The position numbers and the translations under genes are program-made. A stretch of DNA of 64,000 nucleotides from contig NC_087254.1 of the NCBI RefSeq assembly GCF_037042905.1, forward strand, positions 20,398,001 to 20,462,000, written 5' to 3'. The DNA comes from Lytechinus pictus. Taxonomy: Eukaryota. Shown piece after piece: positions 32,805 to 46,987 of the stretch. Every line of letters begins with the position of its first letter. Position 1 is the first letter of the stretch. The notes beneath the pieces were generated by a model, which searched no databases, was not told the origin of the DNA, and saw nothing but the letters and a program-made list of their open reading frames with translations.

Positions 32805-34729
32805 ACGATACACACACAGTTTATATAATAAACACACTCGATCGCCAGTTGCCTTGCAAGCTATTTTAGTCAAGGAAAAATAGAGACAATAATTCAAAAC
32901 CGGATTTAAGTCCTATTTTTATGACTGTTTGTCTTTATACTTCATTCGACTTTTTAAATTCATCCCTGCAAGTCATATCAATGTGTAAAATTGATTTACC
33001 CCGTAAGAGAACTACATGTATGGAGGGCCGGGGGTAAACACCCGGGGTAAAATGCGAATGGAGAAAATTGAGAGAGGGGGGGGGGGGTAGTGTTGTAAAA
33101 TATGCCATTGATCCCTTGATTGAATGCAACGGGCAATAGACTACTTTATATTTTCATAAAATACCAACATGTCGTCTACGCCGGGCTTTCGAAATGCCCC
33201 GCTCCATCTTAAATTTTAAAGTGGAAGCTTTAGTGGAACAAATTTCTTATGTAAACAAACGGGAACATGTGGGCTTCATTTGGCGGGAATTCGAACAATA
33301 CAAATAGATCTAGGATTGGTGTTATATGATATTATATTCTCTATTATGTTCATTACTTGTTTATCGTGTCTCATATTTAATACACAAAATTATCATCCTT
33401 ATCATATGATATCTCATGGTAGTTTGATTTGTTCATACAGCACCCACGCAAGCAACTGAACATTCCCGGGCAAACATTTCTCCCCCCATCCCTCTATACG
33501 ATTCGGAATGGTTAGATGGCGCATGATGTGTTTATTATAATTATGGCCGTGCAGGCAATTAAGCAGGGGTGCATGATGGGGGCTGCTGAAGAACCCCCCG
33601 GCCATGTTTTTTTTCCCGGGGGAGTTGCCTATGTAAAATACCGGGCCATATAGGCTACACCCAATCAGGTATATGCTAAAGTGTAAAAATTAATTGCTTG
33701 TAATTTTTTTTCCCACCAAAATTAACTTCATTTTGGAGTGAAAGCTTTTTTCCTGCCATTTTTTCCAATTAGCACCCCCTCTCAAAAATTGTTTTAACTC
33801 TCCTGATCATGCATATATCTACAACTTTCTTTCTTGACTGAACCAAACCTGATTTTTCACCAAATTCCGCTTTAGTTTTGTGAATAGTACTTAGAACAGC
33901 ATTATTTTATCAAGAAATTAATCAATGTAGATTTCATGTATTTTATCAAATCATTAATCAAATCAATTTTGAATTCTATACTTTAAAACAAAATATATGA
34001 AATTCATATGTCCCTATTTCCAAATGAGCATTCACTTTCTTGCAGTAAAACGTTATGGTTTTGGGTAATTCCGCGACATTCTTTACACTTTTAGTCATCC
34101 CCAGTCTATAATTGGCTCGATCCTACTTGAAGATTCATTTATATGTTTTTATTTCTATTCTATATTTGAAGCGTTGATACCTGTATAGTCAAAGGCTACT
34201 TCATATCAGTCCCTGAGAAAAGTTTCAGTGAAGGAGGATATAGTTCATAGGATCTTTAATTTGAGACATGTGTTCGTCTTAAAAGTTTTAAATTTGATTC
34301 AAATATCAAACATAACAAATTGTGATACTCATATGCTATCGCTGGATAGTTTCAAAGTCATTGAAAGTGTAACATAGTTAGAAAGAGCTTTATTCTGAAA
34401 AAAATCACGTTACGTTAAGTTAAACTATACACTTTGTAAAGATTAAAGATTTTCCATTTTGATCGTTTCATCTTTATTAATCAATTAAAAGAAGTTTTAC
34501 ATTCAGCCTAGGTCTATGGGACATAACATAACCAGTGGTGTAACAATGGGGGGGGGGGGGCTTTGGGGCTCCTGCCCCCCCCAAAAAAAAAAAAAAAAAA
34601 AAAAAAAAACAAGGCAAAAGCGATTTTGTGTCTCGCCCATTTCTTATGAAAATAACCAGAAATATCGTGATTTGCGAGGGCACGAAACATAATTGTATCG
34701 AACTTCATTGTGAAATGACTGGGATGGAA

Positions 34730-34976
34730 TAACACTTGTCATAAGAGCCTTGCACGTAAACTTTAATGTTGACCTGAAAATGACCTTTTACCTTACCATG
34801 TGACTTCCGACTGCAGCATAACATGCAGGTCCCCCAAGTCCATCTACCATCCAAGTTTGGTTGAAAAGCGACTTACGGTTGTGGAGTTATGTGTCATTAG
34901 GTTTGTGACGGACGGACGACATTTGGATCCCTAAGTCTCGCCTTCACCTCTGGCAGTCTGGTGGGCGAGACAAAAA
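34730..34976 (-). mobile_element. Short HINE-like element
   Basis: Minus strand starts TTTTTGTCTCGCC, has partial IR GGCGAGAC, a (GTCC)n microsatellite and one core unit. Confidence 0.5.
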
Positions 34977-35221
34977 TTAGAATCTAGGAAGAAAAGGAAA
35001 GAGAGAAGGGTGAAATATTATATTATTTCTGAATATTATGTCAAAACCTATCACAAAATTTGATTTTCGTCTTAACTTAAAATGATTAAATCTTTTTACT
35101 CGCGATCGCTTCGCTCGCTTTTAACAATAAAATTTAAGTGATACGTCATATCTATATAGCCCTCTCAAAATGTTTAGCTCATTACGCCACTGAATATGAT
35201 AATATATTTATGTCATTGGTA

Positions 35222-35460
35222 CACTGTAAGAACAGTGGTGTTAAAACTGACACCAGTTGGTGTTAATAGAGGACCACACCCCGAGGTGTTAAAATTACAC
35301 CCTAGAGATTGAACATAACACCAAAGAGTGTAAATGTAACAACCAAAGGTGTTGTAATAACACCTATAGGTGTTAAACTAACACCATCAATTTAACACCG
35401 GAGTAAAATAATTGGTGTGGTCCTCTATGTACACCGGTTAACACCACAGTTTTTGCTGTG
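35222..35460. mobile_element. CAC...GTG MITE with internal AACACC repeats
   Basis: TA-CACTGTAAGAAC / TTTTTGCTGTG-TA; inverted arms (agaggaccacacc / ggtgtggtcctct). Confidence 0.7.
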
Positions 35461-36233
35461 TATGGTGTATAGACAATACAAAATAATATGAAGCATAAAA
35501 ACATACAAAGATACATAAAAAAACCAAAAAAACTTAATACTCGAATTTTGATTAAAGATTCTATTCATAAGACGGAAAATATTTCTTTGTTCGGATTTGT
35601 AGAGCGCACGAATCCACCTTGTCAGCTGCTCAAGGCCCTCTTATATTATCCGGCTAATGAATGAATTAATATTAATGACTCAATATGAATTGTTTTCAAG
35701 GCGACGAAGTAGCTATGTATATTGAATGAATTGAAATTTCATATTGTAGAAAATGTTCTTCTAAAATTGTCCTTCGAACCATCAATAATAATTTATAACA
35801 AAAAGTTTCTGTAACACTCATGCAGTTATAGGCTATACGCTAATTTGTTGCAATTATTCTTTGGCATGGTCGGTACTTGATAACATCATTTTTTAAACTG
35901 ATTTCAATGAAATATTGTTAATTTTTCCAATGGTAATCCTTGCATCCAACATTTTGGGACCTAGTCCCCTTAACCGGTCCTCGAATAACAAGATATAAGC
36001 AAGATTTCGCTCCGCGGCGCAGGACGAATTAAAAAACATAGAAAAATGTATCAATAATCATATGCCCTTCATGATAAAAAGCAACCAAAAAAAGTCTTTG
36101 TCGAAATTGGTGAATCAAAACGGCAGTTTCGTTTTGGTGGATGTTTCATACAGTTCTGTTCTTGTGAAAAAAAATGGTATACAATCATTGGCGATGGTTT
36201 AGCGCGCAAGAAAGGTTCACCAGTCGTTCTTAA

Positions 36234-37426
36234 AGGTCAAGTCCACCCCAGCAAAATATTGAATAGAGAAAAATCAAACTAGCATAACCCTGAAAATTTC
36301 ATCAAAATCGGATGTAAAATAAGAAATTTATGGCATTTTAAACTTTCGCTTATTTTTAACAAAATAGTGATATGCACAACTCAGTAACATGAAAATGAGT
36401 CAGTCGGTGATGTCCATCACTCACTATTTCTTTTGTTTTGTATTGTTTGAATTATACAATATTTCATTTTTTACAGATTTGACCATAGGGACAAACTTAA
36501 CTGAATCATATAGTATCAAACAATGCTAGTTCCACATGTTCAGGGAGGAATTAATCACTGTTTCACTTGACTATGAGGAGATAATTAGAATATTTCATAC
36601 TTCATATAATAAAATACAAAAGAAATAGTGAGTGGATGACGTCATCACTCTCCCCATTTGCATATCGACCAGGATGTGCATATAACTGTTTTGTGAAATT
36701 AAGCGAAACTTTAAAGGTCAAGTCCACCCCAGGAAAATGCTGACTTGAATAAATAGAGAAAAATCAAACCAGCATAGTGCTGAAAATTTCATCAAAATCG
36801 GATGTAAAATAAGAAAGTTATGACATTTTAAAGTTTCGCTTATTTTTCACAAAACAGTGATATGCACAACTATATATGTGAGTCAGTCGATGATGTCCAT
36901 TACTCACTATTTCTTTTGTTTTTTATTTTTTGAATTATACAATATTTCATTTATTATAGATTTGACAATAAGGACCAACTTGACTGAACCATATAGTATT
37001 AAACAATGCTAATTCCACAAGTTCAGTGAGGAATTAATCGTTGTATCACTTGGCAATGAGGAGAAAATTAGAATATTTCATATTTAATATAATAAAATAC
37101 AAGAGAAATAGTGAGTGGATGACGTCATAGTCTCCTCATTTGCATACCAGCTAGGATGTGCATATAACTGTTTTGTGAAATTAAGCGAAACTTTAAAATG
37201 TCATAACTTTGTTATTTTACATCCGATTTGGATGAAATTTTCAGTGTTATGCTTGATGGATTTTTCTCTTTTTATTCAAATCAACTTTTTGTTGGGGTGG
37301 ACTTGTCCTTCAAAATGTCATAACTTTCTTATTTTACATCCGATTTTGATGAAATTTTCAGTGCTGTGCTTGTTGGATTTTTCTCTTTTTATTCAAATCA
37401 ATTTTTTGTTGGGGTGGACTTGTCCT
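36234..37426. mobile_element. Kolobok-type MITE (outer copy) containing a same-family copy
   Basis: TTAA-AGGTCAAGTCCACCCC ... GGGGTGGACTTGTCCT-TTTAA. Confidence 0.85.
36715..37309. mobile_element. Kolobok-type MITE (inner copy)
   Basis: TTAA (36711-36714) AGGTCAAGTCCACCCC ... GGGGTGGACTTGTCCT TCAA; the outer copy resumes directly afterwards. Confidence 0.85.
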
Positions 37427-37662
37427 TTTAAGTCGCTCTTAACTTAGTAAATTTTCACGCTCTTAATAGTAATTTCTTTAGCAGGAAGGTCGTGCTTTAG
37501 GATGTATAAAGGTCAAGGTAATATCTACTTTATACCTTATTTTCGGCGAGGACATGCATACGGTTTTGGCAAAATTGGGCCGTAAAGAAAATTTTCGCTG
37601 CAGGGCGAACCTGCCCCACCCTGGGGCAAGTTCGCCGGTTTGGCGGGGCGAGTTCGCCCATA

Positions 37663-38065
37663 CACTGTTAAAAAAAACTGATTTTACAGGGGAAAAAAAG
37701 AAGATTTTGCAGAAAGCAATAACAGAATCATTCTTTAAATTCATAAAACATGAATTTTTCTGCAATTTAACAGAACAGGGGTCCGTTGCAGAAAGAGTTG
37801 CGTTTAAACGCAAGTAAAAAAAAATCAATCGCTAGTCCGAAATGCGCGCTGTTGATTGGTTGAAAATCAAGTTGCGCATGATTTTTAGAGTTGCGATTGA
37901 TTGCAACTCTTTCTGCAACGGGCCCCAGGTCTGTTTAAAAAGGGGAAAAGGGTGTTTTCTTAAAGGAAAGTAAGATTACGCAATCTGGTAAGATTACCGT
38001 ACATGTGTTCTCGAGACTCTGCTGCAGGAACTTCTTTTATTTTAAGGGTAAATTTTCTAACAGTG
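37663..38065. mobile_element. CAC...GTG MITE containing a nested Harbinger-type MITE (37779-37925)
   Basis: TA-CACTGTTA / TAACAGTG-TA. Inner element GGGTCCGTTGCAGAAAGAGTTGC / GCAACTCTTTCTGCAACGGGCCC with 3-bp TSD CAG. Confidence 0.75.
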
Positions 38066-38614
38066 TAAGGAAAAAACAGTGATATATGAAACAAAATGAT
38101 GTGTTCAAAGATGTGTTCAGATGACCTTTCGCCAAGGTATGTTGCTACCTTTGGGCAGGTTAATATTACATCATCAACAAAACCTACATCCAGTCATAGC
38201 AAAGTGGAAAGTCAAGTGGTGGGCGGACTTGCCCTGGGGGCGGATTAGCCCCGCTCTCCCTTACTCCTATGGCCGGTTTAAGATCGCATGCTCGATCCGT
38301 TATGAAAATCATAAGTCAGAAAAAAAAATTACGAACAGCTTGATGAATCGGCATCCTGGACTTTGGACAAACGACATATTTGCAATCTTTCGTTAGCTTT
38401 GAAACTCAGAACGAAACCGCTCTTCCGATTCACCAATTTTTGACAAAGATATACTGGTTGCGTTTGTCATTTGACGGGGATTTTCAATACATTTACTTTA
38501 AAAAAAATCTATTCTGCGTCGCGTTGCGGAAACTCCGTATGAACGATATTAGTCTTACCTATGGCATACTTCTTATACAATATTATTTATGTTTTCTTCC
38601 AGAGTTGTCTCAAC

Positions 38615-39282
38615 ATGCCAAAGGCAAACAGGTTTACTTTGGAGGAGAGGATGGATGTTCTGGAGCTGATCAAGCCGAAAGTTGCTATAGTGGACGCATT
38701 GACCAGTGATTTCGTGGCCAATGAGAAGAAGAAGGAAGTTTGGGAAGAAATTACCAGGGATTTTATCAAGGACCGTCCTGATCGACAGGAATTGACCTCT
38801 AAAGAGGTGAGAGAACTATGGCGAAGGGTAAAGCACAGAGCTAGAATGGATGTTCGTCACGCCATTCAGAATGCCAAGGTGGGACACGTCAGATCCATGG
38901 GAGAAGCAGACAACTTGGGTTGGCTCCCTGAAGATAACACTGGTCACAAGGTCATCGACATCAACGACCTCGGTTTAGAAGTCGATACTAAGTTCATCAC
39001 TGACTTCGTGCCTTTGCTGGAAGAAGAAGCGACTGTACTTGAGACACGGAACGGTGTCTTGCTAGACTATAATGGAAAGGGCAGTACGAAGGAAAAGCGG
39101 CGGGCGTCTTCAAGTCATTCAGTGCCCTCTAATGGGAAACATAAAGTAGCCAAAACCGATTCGATAGGTGGTAATGATGTCTATGAAGTCATAGAGGTCG
39201 AGGATAGGACTTCACCAGAAGTGGAAACACCACTAAGTGACCTGTCAAGTCCAAACCAGGAAAACCAAGGGGACACTTCACA
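38615..39282 (+). CDS. Myb/SANT-like DNA-binding protein (MSANTD/Harbinger-Myb type), coding exon 1
   Basis: Acceptor ttcttccAG at 38602. MPKANRFTLEERMDVLELI...KKKEVWEEITRDF...EVRELWRRVKHRAR fits the Myb/SANT-like trihelix pattern. Donor CA|GTGAGT, phase 2. Confidence 0.85.
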
Positions 39283-39309
39283 GTGAGTGCACAGTCATTT
39301 TAAAAACCA

Positions 39310-39669
39310 ATAATAATATAATATAATAATAGCCATTTTTTATGTAGCGCTTCTCCCAGAATGGCTCAAAGCGCTTCACAGCATACTATTACCCCGGTCA
39401 TTGGATTAATTTCAATCCCGCACAAAAAGTGCACAATTTCCACTCCCTGGGGACCATTCCTTGCATTCATCGCAGCCTCATTATGGCGCTGGCAAATTCA
39501 AATATACAATATCTTTCGCATCCTACCGGGTACCCATTTAGCACCTGGGTCGAGAGTGGCAAAGTGTGGATTAACGCCTTGCCAAAGGACGCTAGACCGC
39601 GGTGGGATTCGAACACACGACCCTCTGTTTACAAGGCGAGAGTCAGAACCACTACACCACGGCTCTTCC
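39310..39669 (-). mobile_element. tRNA-derived SINE (near full length)
   Basis: Minus-strand head GGAAGAGCCGTGGTGTAGTGG (A box) ... GTTCGAATCCC (B box), body, AAGCGC..GAG..AAGCGCTAC 3' end and (TTA)n tail. Confidence 0.85.
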
Positions 39670-40717
39670 ACTGAATAATATTAATAATGCAATATTTGCC
39701 AGCGCCATTTCTCCTGAGCTATGTATATTGGCCAATGGCCATACCTACCAAGGGGGGGGGGGGGGCTTGACCAGAGCTGGACTCCCTATGGATGCCATAC
39801 GATATGGAAATATAATGGCCCGAACTGAAGTAGAACTATTCTGATCCCCGGTTTGATCTTATTGGTCTCAATTATGGGTAGCTAAATGTGACACCAATTA
39901 CCTCAACTTCAATTTACCAGCAAGGATGAATGTTATTTGAGGAGTGTTTCATAGAGTTTATGAACTATAGAAATGAAATGCTTTGTGAAGTATGAAGTGT
40001 TATGTTTTTTTTATTATTATTATTTGCTTTTATTACTGCGTTCAAAATAATAAAATATCAAATGTGTTTACAGATGCAATATATATGCCTATATAAAATA
40101 ATCAGTAATAAACATGTGAACAATATAATTATAACACATAATTAATACAAAATAACGATACGAGAATAAACTTCACTTTTCAATAATAATAATAATAATA
40201 ATAATAAATTAATTAATGAACGCAGGAGGCCGCCATCGTAAGCGGTTAAGCTTGATATTGATGGCGGCCTCATAAAAAGGTTCGTGACTGAGATTGATAT
40301 TTACTGATCAAGAAAGAGTGCCCTGCAGAATTTTACTGCCCTTTTTAATAGTCACAGTATTTTGGGAAATGGCGGCGACCTTTGACTTGTTCTAGTTGTC
40401 AGAAAATGTTTGCCCCTCCTGACGAGGTGCGCCACTGCCCCCACCCACAACACACACAGACTCACATTTGACACTTTAGCCAATAATATTATACCATGTC
40501 TTGAGTGAAGACCAGACGCCAAACTTTATGTCTGTGTCAAGGGAGAGCCAGCCACAGCTAGTGCATAGTAAATTTAGTCTCACTACTTCAGACACTGCAT
40601 TAGGCACTATGTGAATTGCGAAAGCAAAGGGTCTGTGCCTGCAGACTAACCACACACCTTCATAATAATATTACACATAAACTCACCTTTTTCTCTCCTT
40701 TTTTTTTTTTGCTACAG

Positions 40718-41234
40718 GATTGATAGTATGTATGATGTTCATGGGGGTATTCAGATCGCTGCTGTAATGAGCCAACAGCCAGAGTTTGCCCCAGATACAA
40801 CCAGTAGGAGTGCATCACATCATTTCGATCAGCACCAGCGGGTTAGAACAAGCACTACCACGGGAATGAACCCCTCACTAAAACCGGCAATGAACTCGAA
40901 ACTCGGTATGTACATCGGTATGAACTCCATGGCCCACCCGAGTATTGGCTCACCGATGAGCTCGGACATAAATACGAACATGGCATCGGATATGGGTATG
41001 AGCTCGGGTACGACCAGGGCATCGACAGCGATGAAAGACACTGATAAGGAGCTGACGGCGTTGTCGATCGAGTATTTAAAGCAGGAACATGAAGCAAAGA
41101 TGGAGTTGATTCGTTTGAAGCAATCAGCTGCAAAGGCAAAAAGTGAAACAGCCAGGGCAAAGAGATCAGCTTACGATGAGAAAAGAATGTTTTACTTTGA
41201 AAAAAGAAAGCAATTGCATGAAGATCCTGTTTGA
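40718..41234 (+). CDS. Myb/SANT-like protein, coding exon 2 (Met/Ser-rich linker and C-terminal coiled coil); spliced total 394 aa
   Basis: Long pyrimidine tract and acAG at 40717; phase 2 matches; EYLKQEHEAKMELIRLKQ coiled coil; TGA at 41232-41234. Confidence 0.85.
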
Positions 41235-43558
41235 TTTGGGAAGAAAAGTATTTTTCTAGATTCGGACTGAAAAGTGGAAACAAAAGAAATGTGTAACTCA
41301 TTGTGTCAATACGACTCGTTTGCAAGAGTAAAAAAACGCGGCTATAGCAAATAATAAACTGTCGGAGTCTAGAGATAGGTCTTCGACGATGAACGGATTG
41401 ATTTTATACGCATGCCCATTCTCTTACCAGTTTTGTCACGATCGTGAGGAAAATAATCATAATCTTATCATATTGTCATCAGAAACTTTCGATTTTATTG
41501 AAAATTGCAGCAGTCTATATATACATGTATAGAAAATGAAACTCAACTATACAGGATTTCTTATTTTGTCAATAATGAATAATGGACTTATTAGCATAAA
41601 ATGAACAGCAGCCAAGGCAAAGGAGTGAGCAACCAAATTTTAAGATCGGCTTATGATGTTTTTAGAAAAGAAAGCAATTACATCGACATTGTATACCGAT
41701 CCGGTAATAAGTGTCTTTAGGTTACACTCGTCCACGCGCCGGGTCAGAAGTGACCCCGAAATAGGGTTAGATGTGATATAGAGTTATATCTGAACTTATT
41801 CCGGGTCATTTTGATCCCGGGGTTTTGATCCAAAGGAGGTGTGACCTCAATGGACTGATTTCCCGGTTTCTAAGAGTATACAAGTGTATTCTACTGGAAA
41901 GGATTTAGACAAAATATTGACAGTGACGACATGGTGATTCTGATATCTGTTCCATTTCGGCAAATATTTGAAGTAATTTATGTAGTCATTATTTTTTACT
42001 AAATAAACGTAAAAAATATATTATCATCGACTTACCTGTTATGACTTTTCTATAAAAAAAAGATATGCACCGTTTTAGAATTCCATTTTAGATGTAAGTC
42101 AGCCCTGATTATCAACTATGTTAAAAACACTTTTGAGACACAAAGTTCAATTATTTTATGTAAATGGCAGGTTTGCCCTGTTATACAATAAGTGTTCCCC
42201 TTCGTTTTATTTCCTTTTAGATTGAAGGATTATAAGAGACTTGTATAAAAGGCAAGTCCACACTAATTGAGTTGAGTTTTGATTTATTTTCTAAGATTTG
42301 TGTTTACAGTAGAAGAATTTCAGGGGGTGGTGAGGATCACCCATTACCGATATTTAACCTGTTTTCTGCCTTTTTAATTTGTGCCAGTATTTCGAAAAAA
42401 GGGCAATTTTCGTAAAAGTTAAAGTCTATATTATATCTTTAGCATGTTTTTAAAAGATGTTTTTCGAAATAAGACAATAATGTATGCTAACTCGCTTCAC
42501 TAGCTCTCATATTGATGAGACATCATGCACAAAACCAAAGTTACTTTGACGATTTCAGTAAAAAAAATTGTCACAGCAAAAGTCAGATCTAGGAATCATA
42601 GAAATTAGCATAATTGTGTGACATTATTTACCTTTTTATTATTTTTACTTTTCTGTAAATAGTGTATTGTATACTTATTTGACATGCCATTGTATACTTT
42701 CTATGCATAAATCACAGTTGGTTATTATAAAAACTATTAATGTGTTTTAAACTCAGTTACATAATACAGGTTTGTATCATTACTTGCTCGTACATTTTAG
42801 TGTACAATTTTGTATTCAAATGTCGTTATACCTTTACTATTTGTGTGCTTTTTCACATTCCGAGGTGATTAAGGAGCCTGGAAATGTTACAAAATCATTT
42901 TTAATTGTCTCTTTTTGTTTCTTCATTGGACATCGGAACGGAACGATAAGCGAACAATGTCAAAAAAGACTAAAAGAAAAAATGAAACAAAATCTTGCCA
43001 TTGCATATTTCTCGTTTGCCATGCAAGTAGAAATAAATACCGTTTCTTTGGTCGTTAAAGGTCACGTTAATCAAAAGAAAGTGTAAATGGTGTTTGAATG
43101 TTTAGATTTCTTTACAATGATAATAGCTAGTTTTCGCTCCGAAACGTACGGAGCATTAAAAAACGCAGTGAATGTATTGAAAATGTCCGTCAAATGACAA
43201 AGAACAGTTGGGACGTCTTTGTCGAAATTGGTGAACCGGAACAGCATTGCTGACTAAAAATTGCAAATATGTCGTTTGTCGAGAGTCAGGACAAAACTTC
43301 TATTTAGATTCACCAATTTTCGACAAAGGCTTCTTGGTTGTTCTTTGTCGTGAAAAGCATTTGACAACACATTTTCTATGTTCTTGAATCTTCCGTACTT
43401 CGCGACGCGTCGCTCTCGGGGTCGCTCTGCGAAAACAGCTCGCGGTCACACCAACACAAGAGACCCATCACAAGCGATCATGGTCGAGCAAACCTTCGAC
43501 GCAGTATCGATGTCGGGCTGGGGACAGTTCGTTTGTGTGACTGCGTCTATAATGTCAC

Positions 43559-44100
43559 GGTAAATTGCCAATTCGTCTAATGCCAACTCGTCCACTCATA
43601 ACATTGTCTACTTTAGTTTAGTCTAATGCCATTCCAACCATCAACATTTTCGTCAAACAACCATTCGGTCCAATCACCATTTGGTCCAATAATCACTTCG
43701 TCTCATTACCAGTTGGTCTAATACCCAGTTTCTTTTCATTCAGTTGGTCAATTAAACAGTCCAGGTGAATGTTTCATAAAGCTGTTCGTAAGATAAGAAC
43801 GACTGTTGATCCTTTCTTTTGGTAAATGGTATACACTTGGCTTAGCGCGTAAGAAAGAATCACCAGTCGTTCTTAAAGTCGCTCTTTAATTTCGAACAGC
43901 TTTTATGAAACGGCCTCCAGTTAGACCTAAAATGGTATATGGACTAAAAATGGCTAATGGACCAACTGGTTATTATAAATTGTGATTGGACGAAATGGCA
44001 ATTAGACCCCGTGGATAGTAGACGAACTGTTGGTAGACCAAATGATAGTATACGAGTTGGTGATTGGACGAATTGGCATCGGACCAACTAAAATTAAACC
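43559..44100. mobile_element. Degenerate foldback-like element with ~20-bp subterminal repeats and a nested Harbinger-like MITE (~43764-43917)
   Basis: tgccaattcgtc/tgccaactcgt repeats on the left mirror gacgaattggca/acgagttgg on the right; inner gtttcataaagctgttcg / cgaacagcttttatgaaac. Confidence 0.55.
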
Positions 44101-45259
44101 AATGTCACTGGCGTTAGAGACAGGTCTAACATCTCTAGGTAAAATGAAGTCAGGTAGTTTTATCTTCTTTATTGCATAACAGACCTATATAGAGATGCTG
44201 TCACTGGCTTAATATTACTTTTTTTTTCAACAACAAAAAATCGATCTATACTTTTCTATTTATCCGCCTTTGACTGAAATTCATTTTAAACTGTTTAATT
44301 ACTTGGATGGATTTGATTTTGATGTGTCGAGGTGCCTTTGTCTCTGGACCTTGAATAGATACCCAATAAATTGAATGAACATGATGAAAAGGATTGGGAG
44401 TCATGAATAATTAACAAAATTAGCAAAACAAATCCAACGAAAAAAATTATCCAGACAAGAATGACCCATCCAAGATCCATGTATTTTTCCTATTTAGCCT
44501 ATATTGCTTAACGCGATTTCAAAAACTATCATATAAGAATATTAAGCCTATCCATAATCAATAATCATTGTTATGGCAATTTGAGCAGGTCATGGGCAGG
44601 GGGCAGGGGCAATATTGCAGTTTGCAAACATGAAAAATATAGGAGAAAAAAAAAATGAGAGAGAAAAAAAGAGGTGAGGGTTGTGTAAATCTATCTTGAT
44701 TCTATTGTGAGTGGTGGAAATGCCTTCAGTTTGCTAAAGTTTTCCCATCCGCCCTAATCAAAATATCCGGATGCTATTCAAGATCTGGGGCACTGATCAA
44801 CGAAAATACAACCATTAAAATTTATTTTCATTCAATGTTAGCTGGCGCCCTTCAATATTCGGAAACGGTGTCATTAAGTATGTATTCCACAACCGCCCAA
44901 TCACCGGTCACAAATGACGAGATCTTGCTCTGGCCTATTTCGCTCTATATACCTGGTATATTTCTTTTAATGGTTGACCGAATTTTATAGCAAGTATCAG
45001 AAATATTTAGAGGTTACAGAGGACATTAAACAATTATGTGCATCATTTAAATCTAACCGCCTTCATATGTGACGATTTTCTGTTATTGATGACTGATGAC
45101 TTGGTGTTCATATTTTAAAATTTTGTTTTATACAAAGCATTGATAAACTCAAGAGGATGCTGGCAAAATTGCAATCCCGTTTTGATAGGGGAAACGTATA
45201 CTATTACTATAAATCAACTGCCGTAAATATACTTATGCCTGATTCGATCGCTATAACGA

Positions 45260-45811
45260 CCCGGGGGGGCCACTTACATTGACGAGTGGATACCATGCGC
45301 GACCAAAAAAACACGTAAAAAGGATGTCTTTTTCAAGATAGGGCACGTTACGTACGTAACGTGATAAGGGTGTCAAAAACACAAAAATAATGAAAAAAGG
45401 GTATCTATTTCGTTAGGAAAGCTACGTGTTTAGGGTCAAATTTGCGGGGATGATAAAACAAAATTAAAATGTTTTATAAAGGATGTCCTTTTTGCTCCAA
45501 CACTACGTGTTTAGAGTCCGATTTGCGCGACGTGTGGAAGGTAGGGCCGTTCTAACCAAGTGATGTGTAAAAGTAACCGACGACCGACGGACCCGTGACA
45601 TATCGCTGTACTTGTTTAGGGGTTCATTTCAGGGAATACTTGTCAAGAGTATCGTTTTGTTTCCAATACTTGTTAAGGGTAGGGTTTCACAGGCCAATAC
45701 TTGTTAAGGGGTGCATTTTCAGAATATGGAAAATACGTGTTTAGGGTGCTTTTCGAGACCCCATGGTCGCGCATGGTATCCACTCGTCAATGGAAGTGGC
45801 CCCCCCCCGGG
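45260..45811. mobile_element. Non-autonomous TIR element with CCCGGG termini
   Basis: ~45-bp TIR CCCGGGGGGGCCACTTACATTGACGAGTGGATACCATGCGCGACC; 8-bp TSD TATAACGA at 45252-45259 and 45812-45819. Confidence 0.9.
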
Positions 45812-46987
45812 TATAACGATTATGTCGAATCCACAATAGCCGCCATTAGTCCATATTTAGGATTTTTTCCAGTTCATTTTCAATATGATTGAGCGTTTTG
45901 TAACAAATCTTTTTGGTTGTATCGACTCAGTTCCAAAGCTATAGCATCTTGGCCATACTTAATAATGATCATGATGAATGCCCGGATGATAACACCTGCG
46001 TGAAGGGAAATTGCTACTGCAATGGGACACGTTCTCGTCCCAAAGTGTCAGGTTGTCTGGAATTGGGCGGCAACTTGAAAAACATTATTGCTGCACCGGC
46101 GAGCTGCAGAAAGTTGTGTCTGCGACTGTGGAATAGTGTTAATAATAATTATGTTACATATTATTTTCGACCACTGATTTTATTTATTGCTTAAGAATCA
46201 TAAACATCTTGCTTATATCCATCCATTCAAACGCCCAACTTCCGTTAACCGACCATCTTGACGAAACGGCTTCAACATTAACACGGTCTATTGTTATGCA
46301 TCCTTGTGTTACATCACAGTGTATTCATTGGCACTGCTTTATAAATCTAAGAAACCTTATCATTGTCTAGTGCAAACATAACACAATAACGATTATCTCA
46401 TCTTGAAGGGACGATAGTCCCATCAGTGTTTACATGTGTTGCAAACAGGAAAACCACAACTTATTTCATAGAGGTGAACATATATATTCTTTTGGCTTGA
46501 TATCTGTAAAGCGTAAATCATTTTGGAGGATACACTGCCAAGAATTATCACACTTCTTCCTCAGCGTAATAGAATTGGGCGTTGCTGAGTACCAGAGTAG
46601 ATGTAGATGTGGATTCGAAGGTGTTTTCTATCCGAAGGCTGTACTCGAAGGAAGTATATGGTGTTTAATCATAAAGGTAATTCGCAATATTATCATGCTT
46701 TGAAATCTACCGATCATGCCTTATCATCTTAGTTTGTTAGACCGATATTTCAGAACATAATAAGTATGCCTATTCCTCGAATTAAATTTACACTATGGGA
46801 TTAGTCTTCTCTCCAGAACTTTATCGTAAATATAACAGACTTGTTTGAAATAGATGTTTTGAGAATGAAATTGTTTAAAATTAAAAATATATCAATTTTC
46901 GTTTCTTCACCTGAGTATGCTTTCTAGCTCGATACTACAACGCAAAGCATAGGTAGAAAATATAGGGCCTGTAGCAGGGTAAGAAGA

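Noticed and set aside
45913-46700. EGF-like peptide (DECPDDNTCVKGNCYC) on plus, and Ig/TM-like fragments on minus
   Set aside because: No consistent splice sites or frame, and stops interrupt the minus-strand reading. A decayed pseudogene cannot be excluded but is unsupported.
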